64,000 nt of DNA from Candidatus Pacearchaeota archaeon (lineage in GTDB: Archaea > Nanobdellota > Nanobdellia > Pacearchaeales > GW2011-AR1): assembly GCA_038885615.1 (NCBI GenBank), contig JAVZZP010000002.1, positions 698 to 64,697 on the forward strand. Direction: 5' to 3'. The translations under genes were made by a program, and so were the position numbers. This document shows, piece by piece, positions 58,348 through 64,000 of this stretch. Below the pieces are notes generated by a model. The model saw only the letters and a list, made by a program, of their open reading frames with translations, searched no databases and had not been told where the DNA came from. Within the stretch, counting starts at the first letter, position 1. The number at the start of each line of letters is the position of its first letter.

Positions 58348-61300
58348 ATGGTGAATAAAAAGTCTCTTGGTTTAATTTTGTTATTTGGAATGTTATTCTT
58401 TTTAGCTTTTTTTGTTTTTGCTGTACAATGGAATGAAGGTATTGAAAATTTTCAAGCTTTAGAAGATTATTTATATTTTTATAATGTTTCTCTGAATGTC
58501 ACCAATGTTTCTTGGAATTTAGAGATATCATTTATACCTGACCAAACAGATTCTATTCAGTGGGATAATGGAGCAACAATTTTAAATTTTACAAGTTTAG
58601 AACAGATACCCTGGTTTTTTTATAATTACTCCTCTTTTATTTTGAGAATAAATTCAACATTAGATAATCAGAGTGGAAAATTTCGTATTTTGTTTAGAGC
58701 AAAAGACAATGAAACCCTTGCAGGAGTTAATAATTATCTTTTTTTTATCATTAACGCAACAAACGACGCACCGGTTTTTTTAAATCTTCAAAATTTTTTG
58801 AATCCTTACAATACAAGTGCACCTGTTGGTGGAAGTTCTTTTTTTAATGTGAGTTTTAGTGGTTGGGATGAGGAAGTCCATTATCCATTAGAGATCACAA
58901 GCTTAAATTTTTTAGAATGTGCTAAGGCGCCTTGGACGAACACCTCAAATTGTTTTTTAGAAAATTCTTTTTATAGTATTGGAAATACAACTTTAATAAT
59001 TAATTTTACTAATCTAACAAAAGAAAATGTTGGAATTTATAATTTAAGTGTTTGTATCAAGGATAACATAAATTCAACAATTAATTATCCTATTTATAGG
59101 GTTTCTGATTATAATGAAAACAAGACATCTTGTCAAAATTTTTCTTTAAATGTTTTTTATTATTTAAGTATCGATGCTTCTAATTGTTCAGGGCTTTCTT
59201 TGGTTGAAGGACAAGATCTTTTTTGCTACATTAATGTTACGACGAAAAAATCTTCTGAAAGTTTTAATATATGGAGCAATGCTTTTTTGAATTTTTCAAA
59301 TGCGGATTCTTTTATAAATCAGCTGACTGGAAAAGATTGGTTTTTATCTTTGAATCAAAATAACTCGCAAGATTTTTTTAAACAAGTTTTTATTAATATA
59401 ACTAATCTGACTAAAATAAACGTCGGAAATTGGACTATAAATGTAAGTGTTAATTTAACAGACGGAAGTTTTGCTTCGCAAAATATTTCTTTTTTCGTAA
59501 ATAAAACAAATTTTGTACCGGTTTTTCTTTTTAATTTTTCTAATCCAGATAATAAAACAGCAGTTAATTCTTTAGCTTATTTTAATTTTTCTTTTTACGA
59601 CGAGGATTTTTTAATCCCGGACAAAAAATTTTATAATGAGACAATAAACTTGACAATAAGAGTCTTTAATAATTTTTCCGGAGAAGAAGTTTTTTGGCAG
59701 AATTTTACAAATAGAACTTTTGTTTATCAGGGAAATTCTTCTTATTCTAATCAGAGTTTAATTTTTACTTCAAATATAAGTCAGGTTGGAATTTGGAGAA
59801 TTAATTTTAGTTATTTGGATAAAGAAGGAAATTATGGGGAGGAAAATTTTTTCTTTGAAGTTTTAAGCAATCAACCACCAATGTGGAATCAAACAATTAT
59901 CTATGTAACCTGTTTGGTTAATTCTACAGAATCAACTACCGATTTTTGTCTCCAAAACATTAATTTAACAAACTCTTCCAATGGTTTTTTATATGCTTAT
60001 GATTTAGATAACGACACTATGGGTTTTTCTGTTATTGGGCAAGCGCCGCCAAGTTTTAGCCTAACACAAAACGGAATTTTAAATTTTAAGCCTTGGAAAA
60101 GAGATGTTTCAATTTACAGGGGGAATTGGGATTTTAATTTGAGTGTTTCTGATCCTTATTTTACAAATTCTAGTTTAAGATTCATAATAAATGTTTCAAA
60201 TGTAAATTCATTACCGAGAATAGAAAATTTAAGCTACCCTCTTTCTACAGATGAAAACAATTTAACTTTAATTTCTTTTAGAGTTTATGATGATGATTTG
60301 TTGATACCTCTGGGTTATACTTCCCCTCGAGAAGGCAATTTTACTTTTTCAAAAATTTCTTATGCTTTGTCAGGGCAACAAAATTTATCTCTTTCAGATT
60401 TTTCAGATTGGTCCCATTTAATAGACGGAAGTTCAAACAATTTTTTAGTTAATTTTTCATTTACTCCGAACAAATCACATGTTGGAAATCACACAATAAA
60501 CATAAGCGTTTATGACAGATTTGGAATTTCAACTTTGAATTGGACAGCTTTTAATATAACTGTTTTTGGAATAAACAACAAGCCAGAGTTTTCGCAAAAT
60601 TTAACTAATATTAGCACCGCTATAGGAAGAAACTTTTATTTAAAAGTCAATGCGACCGATATTGAAGATGGGGATGATTCCCAAGGAAATTTAGTTTTTA
60701 ATTATTCTTTACTAAGTAGAACTTTTTGGGGCAGAAATACGAAAACAGAAAGAATTTTTGATTGCGAAGGTTGTTTTAATTTTACGAGAGGAATTTTTAA
60801 TTTAAGTTTAAATCAAAGTCATGCTGGTGTTTATGCTATAAATGTTAGCGTTATGGATAGGGGATATTCAAATAAACCAAATGAAACTTCTTGGCAGGTT
60901 TTTTGGCTTTTCTTTTATGATTATCCAGAAATATTATCTCCGGCAGAAAATTTCCAGTTTAATTTTTCAGAGAACTCAACACAGAATTTTATTTTTTTAG
61001 CTAACCATTCTGTCGGAGATCCTCTGGTTTATGAGATTTATGTTGACAGGGTAAAATGTGCTTACCAAAATCCAAACTCTTGTATTTATGAGAATCTTAC
61101 TAGAGTTGGTCAAACAATCTATCTTGGAAATGGAATAAATGAGTACAACTTTTCAAGATATTTTGGTTTTGATGAGGAAACATATGGAAATTTAAAGAAT
61201 CTAACGTTGGTTGTTTATCCTGCTAGCGAAAGCTTGGACAACAAATCGCTTCTGAATTCTTCTAGAAATTTCAAGCTTAATATAACGCATGTTAATTTTC

Positions 61301-62361
61301 CACCAAATATATCAAATATAGGTGCTCATGGGAGTACTTATGGCACTACGACACCTATTAGAATTAATATGTCTCAATATGTTTTTGATTATGATAAGGA
61401 AGATTCTTTTTATAAAGAGAATTTAACATACTATATACAAAGCACTTCTTCAAGAAGTGAAATTTATTTAGGTTCTACTGATAGCGGAGATTTTTTATTG
61501 CCCAAAATTACAAATAATAGTTTAATAGAATTGTATGCTTTAAAGGAACTTTCAGAAACACTTTATGTTATTGCTAATGACTCTTCTAATAATTCTGTTA
61601 GAAGCAATAATTTTTCAGTTGTTTTTTCTTCACCAAATGTTCAGCAGGTTCAGGTGCCCTCTTCTGGCGGAGGAAGTTCAGCAACTCAAACGAAATTTGT
61701 TTCTTTATCTATTAGTGTTCCTACAGTTATTAGAGCAAAACTTAATGACTCTTTGGAAGTTCCGATAATAATAAGCAATAGCGGGGAAATGAAAATTTCT
61801 CAAATAAATATTGTTTCTGGTTTTAAGCAAATTTCAGATGAAAAAATAATGATTAATCTATCTTCTGATTTTATTGAGTCACTTGATATAGGTCAGTCAA
61901 AAAATATTACGGCATACCTTAAGGTAGACGCTAGAAGAGCAGGAAGATATTTGGCTTTTATAAACGCCTCTTCAAACAATCCTAGAATTTTTCAGGAAGC
62001 AAATTTTTACATAGAAATAGAAACGATTCCCGGAGTAAATGTTGAAGAAGTGTTGGTTTTTACCGAGAAGATATTGGCAGACAATCCGGAGTGTGCAGAG
62101 CTTAGGGAAAGGGTAAGAGAAGTTGAGAAATTAAGGGAAAACGGAGATTTTGAAAAAGCTATTAAATTGGCAAATGAAATTGTTGATTCTTGCAAAAAAA
62201 CAATATCTCAAAAAAGAAATTTTATTATTTTTCAGAGAGAAGTTCCTAAAGTTATTTTTATTTTAGCTTCTTCAATAGTAATAATTTTTATTGCATTTAT
62301 TTCCTTTATTATTTATAAAAGAGTTAAATTTAATAAGTCAATTAAAGAGGAATATATATGA
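58348..62361 (+). CDS. Giant surface glycoprotein with cadherin/Ig-like repeats and C-terminal TM
   Basis: Signal peptide; NDAPVF, NQPP, NNKPEF and NFPP junctions with DxD motifs; dense N-x-S/T sequons; SSGGGSS linker; terminal TM. Confidence 0.8.
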   Translation: MVNKKSLGLILLFGMLFFLAFFVFAVQWNEGIENFQALEDYLYFYNVSLNVTNVSWNLEISFIPDQTDSIQWDNGATILNFTSLEQIPWFFYNYSSFILRINSTLDNQSGKFRILFRAKDNETLAGVNNYLFFIINATNDAPVFLNLQNFLNPYNTSAPVGGSSFFNVSFSGWDEEVHYPLEITSLNFLECAKAPWTNTSNCFLENSFYSIGNTTLIINFTNLTKENVGIYNLSVCIKDNINSTINYPIYRVSDYNENKTSCQNFSLNVFYYLSIDASNCSGLSLVEGQDLFCYINVTTKKSSESFNIWSNAFLNFSNADSFINQLTGKDWFLSLNQNNSQDFFKQVFINITNLTKINVGNWTINVSVNLTDGSFASQNISFFVNKTNFVPVFLFNFSNPDNKTAVNSLAYFNFSFYDEDFLIPDKKFYNETINLTIRVFNNFSGEEVFWQNFTNRTFVYQGNSSYSNQSLIFTSNISQVGIWRINFSYLDKEGNYGEENFFFEVLSNQPPMWNQTIIYVTCLVNSTESTTDFCLQNINLTNSSNGFLYAYDLDNDTMGFSVIGQAPPSFSLTQNGILNFKPWKRDVSIYRGNWDFNLSVSDPYFTNSSLRFIINVSNVNSLPRIENLSYPLSTDENNLTLISFRVYDDDLLIPLGYTSPREGNFTFSKISYALSGQQNLSLSDFSDWSHLIDGSSNNFLVNFSFTPNKSHVGNHTINISVYDRFGISTLNWTAFNITVFGINNKPEFSQNLTNISTAIGRNFYLKVNATDIEDGDDSQGNLVFNYSLLSRTFWGRNTKTERIFDCEGCFNFTRGIFNLSLNQSHAGVYAINVSVMDRGYSNKPNETSWQVFWLFFYDYPEILSPAENFQFNFSENSTQNFIFLANHSVGDPLVYEIYVDRVKCAYQNPNSCIYENLTRVGQTIYLGNGINEYNFSRYFGFDEETYGNLKNLTLVVYPASESLDNKSLLNSSRNFKLNITHVNFPPNISNIGAHGSTYGTTTPIRINMSQYVFDYDKEDSFYKENLTYYIQSTSSRSEIYLGSTDSGDFLLPKITNNSLIELYALKELSETLYVIANDSSNNSVRSNNFSVVFSSPNVQQVQVPSSGGGSSATQTKFVSLSISVPTVIRAKLNDSLEVPIIISNSGEMKISQINIVSGFKQISDEKIMINLSSDFIESLDIGQSKNITAYLKVDARRAGRYLAFINASSNNPRIFQEANFYIEIETIPGVNVEEVLVFTEKILADNPECAELRERVREVEKLRENGDFEKAIKLANEIVDSCKKTISQKRNFIIFQREVPKVIFILASSIVIIFIAFISFIIYKRVKFNKSIKEEYI

Positions 62362-63329
62362 AAAAAGAGGTTGATTTAAATGAAGTTCCAGTTTTTATTG
62401 AAAGAATAGACAGAGAGTTGAGCAAAATAATAGTTGGCCAGAAGGGAATTTTTAAAGATATTTTCAGAGCAGTTCTTTGCGAAGGGCATGTTCTTTTGGA
62501 AGGAGTTCCAGGAATTGCCAAAACTTTAATGATTCAATCTTTAGCTAAAATTTTGGGTTGCAACGCCAATAGAATTCAATTTACAGTAGATCTATTGCCA
62601 ACAGATATTCTTGGAATTACTATGTATAATGAAATGGAAAAAAATTTTGAAATAGTTAAAGGACCGATTTTTGCTAATTTTTTAATTGCTGACGAGATAA
62701 ATAGGAGTCCGCCGAAAACACAATCTGCTTTGTTGGAAGCAATGCAGGAAAGGAAAGTTTCTATTGGAAAAACAGATTTTCCTTTGCCAAGGCCTTTTTT
62801 TGTTATGGCAACACAGAATCCGATAGAACAATCAGGCGTTTATCCTTTGCCAGAGGCGCAAGTAGATAGGTTTTTGTTTAAGCTTATTATGAAATATCCT
62901 AACAGCGAAGAAGAAGAAAAAATATTGGAAACAAACATTACAACAAAAAATTTTAATGATTATGACTTAAAGGCAGTTTTAAGCCCAGAAAAAATTATTG
63001 ATTTGCAAAAAAAAGTTAAGAATGTTTATTGTTCTCCGGAAGTTAAGAGGTATATTGTGGATATTGTTCAATTAACAAGAGAGAAAAATACTGAAATTTC
63101 AAAGTATTTGGTTTATGGTGCTAGTCCAAGGGCTTCTATTTCTTTGTATATTGCTGCTAAAGCAGAAGCATTAATGAACGGGCGAAATTATGTGGTTCCA
63201 GAAGATGTTAAGAATGTTGCTCATGTTGTTTTAAGACACAGGCTAATTTTGAGTTTTGAGGCAGAGGCAGATAAAATATCCTCTGATGAAATTGTTGATT
63301 ATTTAATAAAAAATGTTCCAGCACCATGA
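62358..63329 (+). CDS. moxR: MoxR family AAA ATPase
   Basis: HVLLEGVPGIAKT, RIQFTVDLLPTD, ADEINRSPPK, ATQNPIE and GASPRA. Confidence 0.95.
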   Translation: MKKEVDLNEVPVFIERIDRELSKIIVGQKGIFKDIFRAVLCEGHVLLEGVPGIAKTLMIQSLAKILGCNANRIQFTVDLLPTDILGITMYNEMEKNFEIVKGPIFANFLIADEINRSPPKTQSALLEAMQERKVSIGKTDFPLPRPFFVMATQNPIEQSGVYPLPEAQVDRFLFKLIMKYPNSEEEEKILETNITTKNFNDYDLKAVLSPEKIIDLQKKVKNVYCSPEVKRYIVDIVQLTREKNTEISKYLVYGASPRASISLYIAAKAEALMNGRNYVVPEDVKNVAHVVLRHRLILSFEAEADKISSDEIVDYLIKNVPAP

Positions 63330-63330
63330 A

Positions 63331-64000
63331 ATGGAAAACAAGGTTTTGCAAATTGACTACAAAAAAGAATCTGTTGCTTTTGAAAAAATTTTAAAGAAGT
63401 TTCAGCTAAAAAAAATAATCTATAGGACTCTATTTAAGGGCAAGGGTTTAGAATTTGATGGTTATAGGTTTTTTTTACCGGATGACGATTATTATCAGAT
63501 AGATTGGAAAGCTAGTTTGCGTGTAGGAAAAAAGATGATTAAGCAATATAGAGAAGAAAGAGATGTTTCTGTTTTTTTTCTTGTTGATTGTTCTTCTAGC
63601 GTTCTATTTGGGAGCGGGGATTTATTGAAAGCAGAATACATCGGAAAAATTGTTTGTGTTCTTTCTGATTTGGTAGTTAATAGTGGAGATAAAGCATCTT
63701 TGATAATGTTCTCAGACAAATTAGTAAGGTTTGTTCCTCCCTCATCTAAGAAAGAGCAGGTCTTAATTTTTCATAAATTTCTTTCTGATTTGAACAATTA
63801 CGGGGGAGAATTTGATTTAGAGAGACTTTTGAACTATCTAGCAAGCATAGTCGGTTTTTCTTCTTCTAATTCTTTTGTTTTAATTTCTGATTTTCTTTAT
63901 TTGAAAAGAGGTTTTGAAAAAATAATTCCTTCATTATTAAAGAAAGGAGATTTTTTTTCTATAATGGTTAGAGATAAATTTGATGAAATTCTTCCAAAAG
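63331..64000 (+). CDS. DUF58 / vWA-like MoxR partner (3' end outside the window)
   Basis: ATG 63331, then GKGLEFDGYR...DD...IDWKAS, KQYREERD, VDCSSS and ISDF; open to the window end. Confidence 0.88.
   Translation, partial: MENKVLQIDYKKESVAFEKILKKFQLKKIIYRTLFKGKGLEFDGYRFFLPDDDYYQIDWKASLRVGKKMIKQYREERDVSVFFLVDCSSSVLFGSGDLLKAEYIGKIVCVLSDLVVNSGDKASLIMFSDKLVRFVPPSSKKEQVLIFHKFLSDLNNYGGEFDLERLLNYLASIVGFSSSNSFVLISDFLYLKRGFEKIIPSLLKKGDFFSIMVRDKFDEILPK

Noticed and set aside
1..64000. CRISPR arrays, rRNA genes, intact transposases and inteins
   Set aside because: None seen; PolB, RadA, TopA and Cdc48 have normal lengths with no intein motifs.

Overview
AT-rich archaeal chromosomal window, most consistent with a small-genome DPANN (Nanoarchaeota/Pacearchaeota-like) organism. 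Evidence: RadA, RadB, Fen1, Cdc48, Alba, eS17, aEF-1beta, EndA, RPA, type II MetAP, TATA/BRE promoters close to start codons, and no biosynthetic genes. The core information-processing genes look intact. There are two tRNAs (Ala-GGC and a non-initiator CAT tRNA), and a type IV pilus system split between a pilin-like cluster (23.4-32.9 kb) and an ATPase/platform/peptidase locus (45.9-51.3 kb). The window also has several giant surface glycoproteins and a MoxR/DUF58 pair. Best leads: (1) a relic integron-like unit at 7.29-7.99 kb (integrase N-terminal remnant divergent from one gene bounded by a GTTRRRY core site and an attC-like hairpin); (2) an unannotated structured RNA leader plus a 28-aa acidic peptide at 35.17-35.46 kb; (3) bacterial-type genes, including a PEP-CTERM protein, a Pol II-like PolB, an FGE-sulfatase lipoprotein and an FHA protein; (4) a 91-bp near-identical tract shared by the two Cdc48 ATPase domains; (5) many disrupted accessory genes, one broken at a 20-bp perfect inverted repeat. 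All calls come from reading motifs by eye; no database searches were run.
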